64,000 nt of DNA from Chrysomallon squamiferum (GCA_012295275.1 CM022666.1:3720001-3784000), one strand, 5' to 3'; positions 45,542-59,590 are shown, numbered from the stretch's first letter. Notes: generated from the sequence alone by a model not told the origin. Program-made: numbers and translations.

Positions 45542-48280
45542 TGCTCTCGTACTATTCCTGAATCTGTTTATCTACATATGTATCAGCATTTCTGTATATC
45601 TGCCTATATATCTATGTCTATCTCTCTATCTGTCTATGTATCTTTATTTCTCTTTATCTAAAATAATTTTCTCTGTCTTTATGCCCTCTGTTCTTTACCC
45701 TTTTATGATCTTCCTGTCATTCATTCTTTCTGTCCATTCTCCTTTCTTTCTGTCTTTCGTACTTCCCTTCCTTCTTTCTCCTTCTTTCCTTCCATTTAAC
45801 CAACAAATCGTAATATCAATAAACGAAATCACATTAAACCGCAAAATCCTTCAAATCTCCAAACAGCGATGACTATGTTAAAAAAAAAATATATATATAT
45901 ATATATATATCCCTAAGCTACAGATAACACTGTTTTTTTTAGACGTAGACTTAGGTATGCTACGGTATTTGTCTAGTGTCCACTTCACTGTTGTGTGTCT
46001 GTAACTTGATGCTGAGAAGTGTAGAAAGCAGATAGCAGGAATCTCGATTCTTGCAAGGATTGAGTTTCCAAAGTTCAATGCTTTTTTTTTTTTTTTGGTC
46101 AAACGCGTCATTAACCTAAAAACGACAGAACAAAACAAAGAAAAAAAATACAAGAAAAAAAAAAAAAAACTTTGACTCATTTGTCTTAGAGAGATTTTGA
46201 ACAGAGTGGCTTGACAGTCTAAATCTCTCTGAAGTATCGACACGAATTTTTATAACGTCCGTTATTTTTTTTTTTCGTTTTTTTTTTTAATGTTTTGGGG
46301 TTTGATTTTTAAAACCGTTTATTATTATAGTGCTGGAATTTGTGATCATTCTGAAACCACTGGACGGAATTTTGGTAAAGACAATTTGTTCAGGATTCAC
46401 TTATGTAAGTGTTTTTTTTTAATTTATTTTTATTTTAATTTATTTTTTATTTTTTATATTATTTTATTTTTTTTATTTTTTTTATTTTTTTTATTTTTCA
46501 TAAATTATCGTATTTATGATATTTTTATTAAATTGTTCGAAAGTAACCACACATTTTGGTTATCTGGTAGGTTTTTTTTTTCGTTTTGTTATTGGTGTTT
46601 TTACTGTATTTAAATCTTCTACTTAACGCTGGAATTCAAAAACTTTGGCTCGATTTTTCTCAGACATTTTATTATGGTTTCATTTATGTAAGAGTTTTCA
46701 TATGCATTTTTTGACCGATTTGGTTGTGTATTGTACTAAAATAACAAGACTATGTGCTGACTTGTATATGTGTTGTTGTTGTAGTTGTTGTTGCTGGTGT
46801 TTTTATATCGCATGCATAGCTCTAGAAGTTTTGTTCATTCTGAAATACTGGCCAAGCATTGAAAAATGAGAAACTTTTTTATTCGTGTGAATTTATTTGC
46901 TTAACTTTTGTTTTTGTTGTTTTGTTGTATTTGTTTTTAATGATCTTTATTATAAGACATAGTAATTCTAAGACATAGTAATTATTTCATAATCTCTGTT
47001 TGTTAAATCTGAAGCATTTTGGAGATGAAACGTTTTTGGAGCTGGAACATTTTTGCCTTGTTTGGGTTTTTAATGTTTGATACTTTTCTTTTCATTATTT
47101 TTAAATGAATACATCATAACCTTCATTCATTTTTATTTTTTCTTTTTCTTTTTCTTATTCTTATAAGTATATTCACAGATGTTAGTCTGATATTGAAATA
47201 AATTTTACTATTTACATCAATTTTGCAATCTCTTACGTTTCCAAAATGCTGGGCCCAACAGAATGTTTTGTTTTGTTGTTGTTGTTTTTTTAAATCATGG
47301 ATTTTTGTTCTGAAACTTTGTATTATTCAGAAATATTAACAAGATTTTCCACATTGAAAGCCCGTTTTTAATTTACTTATGTAGTTAGGTTGTAAATCAA
47401 AGTTTCATATTCATAATTTTCTCTTTTTCATTATTTCAGTTGACCAAGAAGACATTTTTTGTTTATTCATTTATGCAAATACAGCATATTTATATTTTTT
47501 TTGTAATTTATGGCTTTTGGAAATATGATCAAGAATTTTCAAAAGACAATTTATTTTCTGACTTATATATATATATTTTTTTTTTTTGTTTGTTTGTTTG
47601 TTTTAATCCTTTTTAACGTATTAATTGTTTTGTCACTTTTGGTAATTTTCAATATAGACTCAAATTTCAATAAAGACGTTTTTAAATTCACTTTTGATAA
47701 TATATTTAAAATACATACTATCATATTTAAAATTCTGTAATTTATTGGTATTTCAAATAATATTTATAGGCTAAATTGTCACAGACAGATTTGTGAGGTT
47801 CTTCTTTTTTGGGGTGGGGTGTTTGGTGCAGGATGGGTGTTTGTTTGTTTGTCTATTTTTGTAATTTATTTTAAATTTATTTTTTGTTGTTTTTGTTGTT
47901 TCATGAGGTTTTGTTTATTTGTTCCCATACCAATATGCCTGTAATAACTAGCAACATTTCAAGTACTACTATTAGTGTTATTACTACAGCACCATTTGTA
48001 TAACTATCGTCACTGACATTATATCTAGTACCAGTGCTACTACAACTATAACTACTACTACTACTGATACTATTATACCTACTACTGCCGTTCTACTACC
48101 GTTACTACTATTACTACTACTGCCAGTGCTACTACTACATCTACTATTGCTATACTACTACGATTACGACTACTGCTACACCTATCGAATATAATAAAGA
48201 TCATTAAAAAAAAAATACCAATACTACTACGGTTACAACAACTACTACTATACCTACTGCCAAAACTACTACGATTACTA

Positions 48281-48420
<140 letters not shown>

Positions 48421-48636
48421 AAGTAATTTTCTTAAAGGAATAGACAGGAACATTTTTTTTAGTTTGTTGAAATACAGTTATTTTCTTTTCTTTCATTTCT
48501 GCTTTCAACTCAACAAACTGATCGTAAACATTCGAAACCAGCAACAAATCATGACGACACAGTCATAAATATAAAAACATGTTGTCAATAATAAATAGCA
48601 TTTTCTGTGTTTGATATGTTACACAACTCATATATC

Positions 48637-48673
<37 letters not shown>

Positions 48674-49539
48674 CTTCAATTGAAACATCAAAAACAAAAA
48701 ATAAAATAAAATAAATATTTTTGTTAACCGCAATATAGCTTGTAAAAAAAAAAAAATTAAAAAAAATTAAAATAAAATTTAAAAAGATCCATACATTTGA
48801 AACATGATATAAATATATAATCCCCCCCTCATAATATTTTTTTTTTTTTTTTTTTTTTGTTACGAGTACGGATTGTTAACAAACGTTAAATGACTTTATT
48901 CAAGAATCCTGGACTGTATGCTAAAATTAGTGTTTGTTTGTTAGAAGGTTTGTGGAAAAAAGACGACAACGAGGCTTGGTCTTAAACTTTGCTCATACTG
49001 TCCGATACCTGGGTTAGATCTGTGCTCCTGTCGATCTTGTGATGACGACTTAACCATCAAGACAGGTGAAAATGAAAACTGCTGGTTAATGAAACGTTAC
49101 AGAGAAATACTTCTGCTTGGTGTAACGTTTTAGCCCTGACGGTCGTAACAAATGGTTTATATACATTTTGGATTCTTATATATTCTGCTTGTCGTTGTTT
49201 TATTTTTATTTTTATTTGATTATTATTATTATTATTATTATTATCATTATTATTATAGTTATTATTATTATTATTATTGTTGATGTTATTATTATTATTC
49301 TTTTTTTTTTTTTTTTTTTTGCTAAGATGTAAGAATAGTGATACAAAGAAATAGTCAAAACATCCCATTTTATACATTTATTTATAGCTACTTCATCTGC
49401 TTCTTATAGAAATGTACTTTTAGTGGTATACAAACAGTATAGACTATATAGGTGCTTGTTTTTAATATCGGGTTTTTGTATTTTTCTGTTCCATAGTTTT
49501 ATTTTTCTTCAGTCAGGATTAAAAAAAAAAAAAAAAGTC

Positions 49540-49770
49540 CCTCGCGACTGACGTCATCGTTTTAAAACACCGTATTGATTACGTCATACATTTCTCAGCG
49601 TTAAGATTTCTAGAACTAGTCTCATCTGTGTGAATCTGTTGACAGAGTTTGCGTGAGTGAGTGAGTGAAAAATTAACGAGTTAATCAGAACAAGCTGTTG
49701 TGAAGCACGCCTGCGTCAGTGGTGCTCTCTGACGAAGCTAGGGGACGTGTCTGTCGCAGGAAAAGATCGG
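49540..49770 (+). promoter_or_regulatory. Candidate proximal promoter and non-coding exon
   Basis: CRE at 49549-56, CRE-like TTACGTCA ~49579, CpG-rich sequence, donor CGG|gtatgt after 49770, about 1.7 kb upstream of the 51442 acceptor. Confidence 0.3.
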
Positions 49771-50925
49771 GTATGTACGTTCCTTTTGAAAATACACATA
49801 TTTCTGATCATGCAAAAATTACCCTTTTTTTTATATATAATGCCCGAAAAGGGCTTTTTTTTTACGAGAGTTATGCAAGCCTGCTTCCTAATTATTATTA
49901 TTCGTCTGAATTACAGATGTTTAATGTGTGAATTAGAACGGCCTGAGATCTCTCGGCTCAGCAGAAAAAATCTTCTAAAGCTGCGTTCACACATAAGCAT
50001 TTGATCAGTCTGGTTACGGCAAACTTAACGACACTGCGTCATAATGTTTAATGTTTTCTAATTCCGTGCGAAATGAAATGATCTAAGCAAACTGGTGAAT
50101 TCATTGTTTATGACTGACTACGTCAGACTTACATTGTAGTTTTTGGCATTGTCGTCGTTGTTGTCACGAATATTTCCATTACTGTCATTATTATTGTTGT
50201 TGTTGTTGTTGTTTTAGTTGTTGCTATTGTTATTATAATAATTATCATCATCGTCATTTATTTATTTATTTATTTATTTTATTTATTTATTTGTCTGTCT
50301 TTATATATATATATCTGTCTGCTCATCTGTATATCACACTTTTTATTTTATTACTAAGACAAACAACGACAAATGTTCGTGATCTGTCAGTCTGTGTGTC
50401 TGTCTATCCCTTTATGTATCTATCATTATTTGTACTTTATTATTAAGACAAACAGCGTAATACATACATATATAATTATATACTTTATACAAATAGAACT
50501 CTAGAAAGGCTTTAAAAGAAACTAACAGATCAAGCTGTGGTAACTTTAAATCAGTTAGTGTGAAAGCGGCTTAAGGTAAAGTGAAGGCGTGTGCGTTTCA
50601 GCACTTTGTTGTTCAGTGGTTTCAGATAACAAAACTGGTAACGTGAAGACTTTATTCTAGAAAGTTTCAAAGAGCTGAGAGCGAGACAACTATAAACCCA
50701 TTGTCGCCGTCGTTGTATGTTCTGTTGATAATGTAGTTTGAAGGAAGGATTCCTTTTGTGCTTTTTTTTTTTCTCGTGGTAGTTATGAAAAAGTATTATG
50801 AAGTTTTGTTGTGAGATATAAAATAGACAGTACATGCTCGAGGCGTTTTAAGGTTTTCAGAAGAACTTGCTTATGCAGCACATTTCTGTATTTCTGCCAG
50901 AAGGCCCAGTGGATTCAGCAATGAG

Positions 50926-51115
50926 TGTATGTATGTATGTATGTATGTATGTATGTATGTATGTATGTATGTATGTATGTATGTATGTATGTATATATGT
51001 ATGTATGTATGTAAGTATGTATATGTATGTATGTATATGTATGTGTATGTATATATGTATGTATGTATATATGTATGTATGTATGTAAATATGTATGTAT
51101 GTATGCATGCATGCA
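50926..51115. repeat. (TATG)n tract upstream of the large AChE exon
   Basis: Direct inspection. Confidence 0.95.
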
Positions 51116-51459
51116 TCTATCGTACGTATGTATTTTTGTATGTATTTATCTACGTATATATCTATGTAAATAATGCCGTTGCTTAATTATATATCTACGA
51201 ATACATAAAATAATAAGAAACACGTGTTGGTTTTTTTTATGTATATTATGATGATACTGTACAGATGTTGACAACAGGTTATTATTTTTACATATTGTAA
51301 CCTCAGTCTTATTTTGTTAAGCGCACTGCGGTCATTGAATTTTATGAAAGAAAGAAAAGCGAAAAATATACAATTAAATTATTTTATTAATTTTTAATTA
51401 TTATTATTATCATTATTATTATTTTTTTTTAATCTTTTCAGGGCCCGTTGCGAGTGTAA

Positions 51460-51475
51460 GCGGAAGTGACGTCAT
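51460..51475 (+). promoter_or_regulatory. Overlapping ETS-CRE composite motif (GCGGAAGTGACGTCAT) in the 5' UTR part of the coding exon
   Basis: Direct match to CGGAAGT overlapping TGACGTCA, ending just upstream of the ATG. Function not shown. Confidence 0.45.
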
Positions 51476-51480
51476 GTAAC

Positions 51481-53024
51481 ATGGAAGTTGAAGCCCTAGC
51501 AGTTGCCATATTGGCCCACTTTCTTCTCTTTCTACAGGAAGTCCTCCTGACTCACGGCAGTCACACCAACGTCATACGGCTCACCGAGAATGGGAAGGTG
51601 CGGGGCACGCGCTACCACGTGCACGGGAAGTCGGTGGAAGTGTTCTACGGCATCCCTTTCGCGCAGCCGCCGCTCGGCAATTTACGTTTCAAGGCGCCGA
51701 TCCAGGCGGACTCGTGGGACGGCGTCTTCGACGCCACGTCGAAGCCGAGGACGTGCATGCAGATGTACGACGTGCTGCTGGGCAACTTCTCAGGGGCTCA
51801 GGTGTGGAACCCGAACACCGAGCTGCACGAAGACTGTCTGTACCTGAACGTGTGGGTGCCTCGCGTCAGGGAGCCGCACTCGAACAAAGCCGTGATGGCG
51901 TGGATATACGGCGGCGGCTTCTACAGCGGGTCGACCTCTCTACAGATATACGAAGGTAAATTGTTAGCTGTTGAAAATGATGTTATAGTTGTTTCTATGC
52001 AATACCGCGTCGGGGCGCTCGGTTTTTTGACTCTCGGGCATCCCGAGGCCCCGGGAAACGTCGGCCTGTTGGACCAGAGGATGGCGCTGGAGTGGATTCA
52101 GAGGAACATTCACTACTTCGGCGGGAACCCGAAGAACGTCACGATTTTCGGCGAGAGCGCCGGGGCGGTGAGCGTCGGCCTGCACCTCCTCTCGCCCACG
52201 AGTCGCGGCCTCTTCTCCCGGGCCATCCTCCAGAGCGGGGCGCCCCAGACCCACTGGGGGACCATCAGCATGTCGGAGGCCGAGCGGCGGACCCGACTCT
52301 TCGCCAAGTTCCTCGGCTGCGAACGGCACGCTCCGGCGGCCGTGATGATCGAGTGTCTCCGGAAGATTCCGGCGGAGCAGTTCCCGTCGGCCGAGTGGAA
52401 GTCGGGCATCATCGCCGGGATTCTCCAGTTTCCGTTCCTGCCCGTTGTCGACGGGAACTTCCTCGTGGAGACGCCGAGCGAGTCGCTGAAGGCCGGACGC
52501 TACAAAAAGACCCCACTCCTCATAGGCAGCAACCAGAACGAGGGGTCGTATTTCCTGATCTACAACAATTGTGATATCTTTCACTACGACAAGCAGACGT
52601 TCATCAGCCGGGAGCTGTACCAGACGCTGATGAGCGCGCTCTTCTGGTACTACCCGCAGTACCCGCACATTCAGAACGACTTCGGGAAGGAGGCCATCAT
52701 GCACTTCTACACGCACTGGTTGGACCCGAGCAACCAGACGAAAATCCTCGAGAAGATCGAGAACGCCGTGGCCGACTTTCACTTCATCTGCACGGTTAAC
52801 GAGCTCGGTCTAAACTATGCAAACAGCGGAAATGACGTGTACATGTACTGGTTCTCGCACCGTTCGTCCGTCAGTCCCTGGACGAAATGGATGGGAGTCC
52901 TGCACGGCGATGAGATCAATTTCATTTTCGGGGAGCCTTTAAATAGTTCGCTCGGATATACACACAAGGAGAAAGAATTAAGCATAAAAATGATGCGATA
53001 CTGGACGAATTTTGCCAAAACAGG
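51481..53024 (+). CDS. ACHE: Acetylcholinesterase, first (large) coding exon. The exon begins at the acceptor at 51442, so 51442-51480 is 5' UTR.
   Basis: ORF shows cholinesterase motifs: hydrophobic signal peptide, FxGIPFAxPP, WNPNT (choline-binding Trp), EDCLYLNVW, YGGGFYSG oxyanion hole, FGESAG (Ser codon 52156-58), GSNQNEG (Glu 52540-42), WMGVLHGDEI (His 52903-05), WTNFAKTG. Acceptor ttttcag ends at 51441. An in-frame TAA at 51457-59 lies upstream of the ATG, which is in strong context (AACATGG). Donor GG|gtaaga, phase 2. Confidence 0.96.
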
Positions 53025-53048
53025 GTAAGAATCATTATTATTATTTTA

Positions 53049-53082
<34 letters not shown>

Positions 53083-53389
53083 GTCCGTTCATTTATTTTC
53101 AATCACCTATTTACACTTTCTTCTTTCGTTCTTTTATTCGTTCTTTCCTCATTCCATAGACATTTTTCCTGAATTAATTCTTATTTTTATTCATTTATGC
53201 CTTTGTTCGATTCTTTTTTCTTTTTTCTTACTATTATTATTAATAAATTCGTTAAATCGATGTCTCAGAACAGTTCACCTGTTGTACAAACGTCCCCACG
53301 TCATATTAGACAGCACAGGAGAACAAAGTCAAATTGTCGTTTCACAGATGTCACGTGTTGCTGAAGGCACATGCATAATTATGTATAAT

Positions 53390-53560
53390 ATACATACATA
53401 CATACATACATACATACATACATACATACATACATACATACATACATACATACATACATACATACATACATGCATGCATGCGTACGTGCATACATACATA
53501 TATGCATACATACATACATACATATATACATACATGCATGCGTACATACATACATACATA
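53390..53560. repeat. (CATA)n tract downstream of the large AChE exon
   Basis: Direct inspection; reverse complement of the 50926-51115 tract. Confidence 0.95.
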
Positions 53561-53781
53561 TATAAATATGTAGGTGTGTATGTAAAACGTATGTTTGTTT
53601 GTAGGTAGGTAGGTAGGTATGTAGGTATATATATAGGTATGTATGTATATATATATATATATATGCATGTAAGTACATGTATATGTATAATTATGTGTGT
53701 ATGTATGAATGTACGTTTGAATACGCGTGCATATATATATATATGTATTTTTATGCGTACGTATGTGTATGGATGTATGTG

Positions 53782-53838
<57 letters not shown>

Positions 53839-54630
53839 CGTATATACGTATATAAGTACCGAGGTAAGTCTGATATTTGAATCAATCTTTTATATGTCTT
53901 TTGAAAGGTTTTTATTATTATTATTATTATTATTATTCTAACCACTGTTCCATAAAGTTTTGCTGTTTATAGGAAGGTGCAAATTTGTTGCTGATCTTTA
54001 AACGTAGCCTAACGACTTATCTTTATTGAGTCTGCCACATTTTTATCATTCTTGTTTTGATGTGGCAGTTGTAGTAGAAAGGGGCAGCAATAGTAGTAGT
54101 AATACTAGTTGTAGGAGTAACTATGGTACTTGTAGTAATACTAACAGGAAACAGTATTAGTAATAATAGCAATAGTAATTGTAGAAGCAGCAGTAGTGGT
54201 AGCAATAGTAGTTGTAGTAGTAGTTACATCGATGTCTCAGAACAGTTCACCTTTTGTACAAACGTCCCCACGTCTGTTACGCCATATTAGACAGAATTCG
54301 AGATGTCACGTGTTGCTGAAGGCATATTGCAAATTGTAGTGGTAGTGGTAGTAGTAGTAACAGTAAATAACACTAGTAATAATATCAATAGTAATTGCAG
54401 GAACCGCAGCAGCAACAGCAGCAGTAGCAGTAGTAGTAGTAGTAGTGAAATAATAGTAGTGTAGGAAGGAGGAGGGGCAGTAGTAGTAGTTGAAATTCTG
54501 ACAGTAGTGAAGAAGGCGTGACTGTGGTAATTGCAGTTATAAATATTATAGTTGCTGGTGTTTTCCCTATCCGTTTTTCCTTCCGTCTCATTTTTTCTTT
54601 CCATCTTTATTTCTTCTTTTTCTGTCGTTT

Positions 54631-54664
<34 letters not shown>

Positions 54665-54721
54665 CTTTCTTTCCTTTGCATTTCTCTTAGTCTGTGGCTG
54701 TTTGTTGATTATTTATTTTTA

Positions 54722-54775
<54 letters not shown>

Positions 54776-55787
54776 AAACCAATTCCAGTTTATTTCCTAA
54801 ACCTTTTTATTTTTTATTTTATTTTTGATAACCGCCCCATCCGCCTCTGTTTTGTTTTCGCCCTAGGAAACGCATATTGAGCGTAATATTACTTAAAAAA
54901 CCAGTCTGTGATCAGTAATAAACTGATACTCAAAATTGCTCACCCCAGCGACATCAAACGAACGAGCTTCGCCATCAGACGATCGTAAAAAGGTACGTCG
55001 ATGGTGAACATTTTAATAATGGGAGCGCAGCGTTAATTAACACCGGTCCCGTTCGCGTTTCCCCGAACGCCGAGGAAAGAAATGAATTTTAGTCTTCGTC
55101 TTTTGTCGCCGATTCTTTTTTTTTTTATTTCGTGATTTAATGGCGAAATTCGTGTGAGACGCGTTTCGGGAAATGATTTCAGTTGGGAACGAGGACTTTA
55201 AAGACGTGGAAAACAACAGATAAAGACGGTTTAATGAAAAGTCGTAGATACCACGAGCTGGTGATGAAAAATGTTTAAAAATTAAAAAATTATAGTTTGT
55301 TTCAAGAAAAAGTATTCATTCATCGCACTTTAGTGAAAAACAGACATTTCCGAGTTTGAAATGAAGTATAGACATTTTGATAAAAAAAAATTATAATAAT
55401 AATAATTTTTCCGAAACTGGTTTTTTTTTCTCTAGAATTTTCTCCATTTTAATGAAAACGCTTTAATATTCGTTCTTTTTAAATGAAATACAAACATATT
55501 TATGCTAGAAATTTAAAAAATAAAAAACAAAATAAACTGCACTTCGTTTCGAGAAATGACTCCATTTTGATGAAAACATTAGGACTGTCTAAATTAGTAA
55601 GGAAATACAGTTATTTTGTTCAAATAATGAAAGCAGTTTAAGTTGTTATTATAAATGGCTTTAGTTTCTAGAAAATAATCCCTGAGAACAAACATACAGA
55701 TTCTTCGGTTTTTGTAATGAAATACTCTTTTTTTTTTTTTTTTTTTCTTTTTTTTTTAATTTATTTAGTTAGTTAGTTAGTTAGTTA

Positions 55788-55868
<81 letters not shown>

Positions 55869-56797
55869 TTCATTTATTTAATTTTTTATTATAATAATTA
55901 TTATTATATATACATATGTGTTTTTATTTTTTATTTTTTTTTATTTTTTTTTAAGGCTATGCGTAGGATTAGATAACAGAGCCTTAAAGAAAATGTGACG
56001 CAAATTAAGACAAATGAAAACTGACTTGTCCTATCTCCAAGCCCATTTATAAGCTCAAGAAAACGTGAATTTAACATCTAACCTCACTTTATCTTGTTCC
56101 TAACAGTCTCGTAAATGTAATTTAGATTTTGTACTAGGATGAAAAAGAAAACGAAATACTACCACCATTGAAATTACAATTGGAAATTCAGTGAATGAAG
56201 GAAATTTTTAAATTTACAAATTAACAAATGGCCTCACATTTTGATTTATCATTTACGTTGAATAACAAATAGCTCAGTGGTGTCAGTGAGCGGGATTGAA
56301 CGTACGACCCTGCGCACGTATCTTACATCCAATCAGTTAATCTGTGAGTGGAGGTGACTTTACAATAACTGTACCCCCCAAAAAAAAGTGTAAACGCTGT
56401 TTTTACTGGTTTGTTTTGTTAAATCACGCGTTGAGAAAACTCGTTATCATTTGGAACGGTTGCCAGATTTAGAGTACCACTTACAGTCTCTTTTTATTAT
56501 ACTTGCCAAAAGCGTTTATGTTTGTTGTTTTTTTTTTTTTAATAATCAGAGCAGCTGTTTTTTTTGTTTTTTTTTTTTTTCACGTCTTTAGTTAAATGTT
56601 TGTACGTTCTCTTTTATGAAGCTTTTCCGTTCGTGAACGATAGTTGGTCTTGTTTGCAAACACGAGTTTGATAGCGAGTGCGATCCGTAGATGGGAATGA
56701 GAATATTTTGAGAGACAGACATAGATATATAGGCAGATATACAGAAATGCTGATAGATATGATAGATAAACAGATTCAGGAATAGTACGAGAGCAAA

Positions 56798-57015
<218 letters not shown>

Positions 57016-59131
57016 AATAAGGAGAAACTCAGAGAAATAAAAATTAGAGGAAGAAAGTTAGAGATCTATTTTCACAATGGATTACTAAGCTGACAAACAT
57101 AATGACAGAACTATTTTCTAATGAAATGTCTAATAGGGAGCCAAGCCAAGTTATTCGAGGAATATTGAATCTTTTACACAGCTATCAAGATTTAGGACAA
57201 CTGCACATATACGTACACATAAGTATTTAGTACAAACTCAAACAGTGTGTGGAAACTTAAAGGGTATGGATAATCGAAAGAGCTCTCGTTATATTTTTTT
57301 TTTTCAATTTTATTTATAATTATTATTATTATTATTTTGTTTATTTTTTGTTTTTTGAGGTGGAGTTTATAAAAAAAAAAAAAAAAATTCTTGTTAGGCT
57401 TATTATTATTATTATTATTATTATTGTTGTTCTCCAGCCAACAGTAATGTCTGAATATCGGTATTGTTCGTATTGCTATCACGTGACAGATTCTCCACCA
57501 ATCAGCCAGTAAAAAGACAGCTTCTCTGATGTCAACCCCCCCCCTCTTAACCGCCCCTAATATAAATGTGAATTGAGGTGATTAATAAACGAGTAACAGA
57601 ATAGTCAGAATAAAAATCGTTTCGTCCACAGCTACTTTTCCGAAAATAGGAACACGTCGGTGACAGGCAGTGACGGCGCAATGATTAACTCTTAAAAGTT
57701 GTCGATTTTTCGATAGTGTTCCCAGTATAACCGCACTTCATTTCTTGTATGTTAAACTTTCAGCTCATTCAAGATCAATTTAGTTTAGAAAGAAACGCCT
57801 AAATATAATTCCTTAAACGTCGATGATGGGCTTATTTGGTGTCGAACAAAATCAAATCACTGCTTGACTATCGAGACTGGAACTGATTTTTTTTTTTTTT
57901 TTTTTTTTTGGTTTGAAGCATGACACTATAAAACTGATACTGGCGATTTGCTTTCTTTCTTTCTTTATATATTTATATTTTTTTTTTTTTTTTTTTTTTT
58001 TTCCACTGTTTTCATAATACCTGATTATTATATATAATTTTTTTTTTTTTTAAATTCAACTGTTTTCTGTTAGAGAATGGAAAACTTCATTACGTCTTGA
58101 GCTCTTATCGTTTCAAATTAAAATGACATATTTTAATCAGTTAATCGTGTTTGTCCTTCTAATAACCATTGAAGAACGAACGGACTTGGGGAAACTGAAG
58201 TTCAGTTCTGTTACATTTCCGAGCTGAAATATCTTCGTAACGTCCCGAGGTGTTATCTTCTAAAGTATCTCGAACGCAGAACAATTACGAAGTTATCGCA
58301 CGAGAATGTTATATGAAACTGCATTTGCTGGTAAAGCGATTAGGGGAACGTGAACAATGCTCGATAATTCACAGGTTCTGTCAAATTGTGTCCCTTTATC
58401 ACATGTCTCATGTTAACCTCCAGATGTCACTACTCGGTATTTGGAATCACATCTAAGATACGGCCAGGTCAGAGGTCAAGTTCCAGATGACGTTTCGACC
58501 GATTTTACCTCAATGCAGAGATAAGTTCGGGTCAAAGGTTAAGTTTCTCTCAGTCTGAAGGATAGTTCATTTGAATCCGGGTAACGATGCAAAACGTAAT
58601 GTAATTAAGGACATATGTACTCAGCAATGTATTTCAAAATATTACGTCAACATAAATCGATTTTTTTCACAGACGAATAATGGATAAATAAACATAGTTC
58701 AAACCATAATTATCAAGGATATTAAAAAAAAAAAAAAAAAAAAATAAAAGAAAGAAAATAAATAAATTATATCTGACGTATGGCGTTAAATATTAAATAT
58801 CAGTTAATAAGAATGGTAATAAAGAAGAAAATGGTATACACAAAAACAAAATGTAATATACATATTATTATATTTATTGACAAGTTAATTTTCTATGACA
58901 GGTTAGAGCAAGAAAGGATATCAAACGTTTCCTACATTACGTAGATTTATAAGTTCGGGTAACAGATTGGACTGTCACGTATATTTTTCTTAACGTTTTG
59001 GCAAGTGACTTAATACATGTTTTTATAATGTTATTAAAATGGCTTGGAAATTGGATGTGTTAATATGTCTTGCTATCAATTTACATCTCCGTCTCTCTCA
59101 CGCTGTCTAATTATCTCATTCTCTCTATCCG

Positions 59132-59590
<459 letters not shown>

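Noticed and set aside
51466-51480. ORF-track start at GTG 51466 (MTSCN...)
   Set aside because: Non-ATG call; the ATG at 51481 has strong Kozak context and begins the signal peptide.
51964-52782. 272-aa antisense ORF and other overlapping ORFs within the AChE exon
   Set aside because: Expected shadow ORFs from high GC3 codon bias; no recognisable domain.
53025-53028. Apparent stop after FAKTG suggesting a truncated single-exon gene
   Set aside because: The TAA lies inside the GTAAGA splice donor; phase-matched downstream exons complete the protein.
53861-53869. Perfect donor GAG|gtaagt within the intron
   Set aside because: Preceded by microsatellite with no plausible acceptor or exon; likely a chance match.
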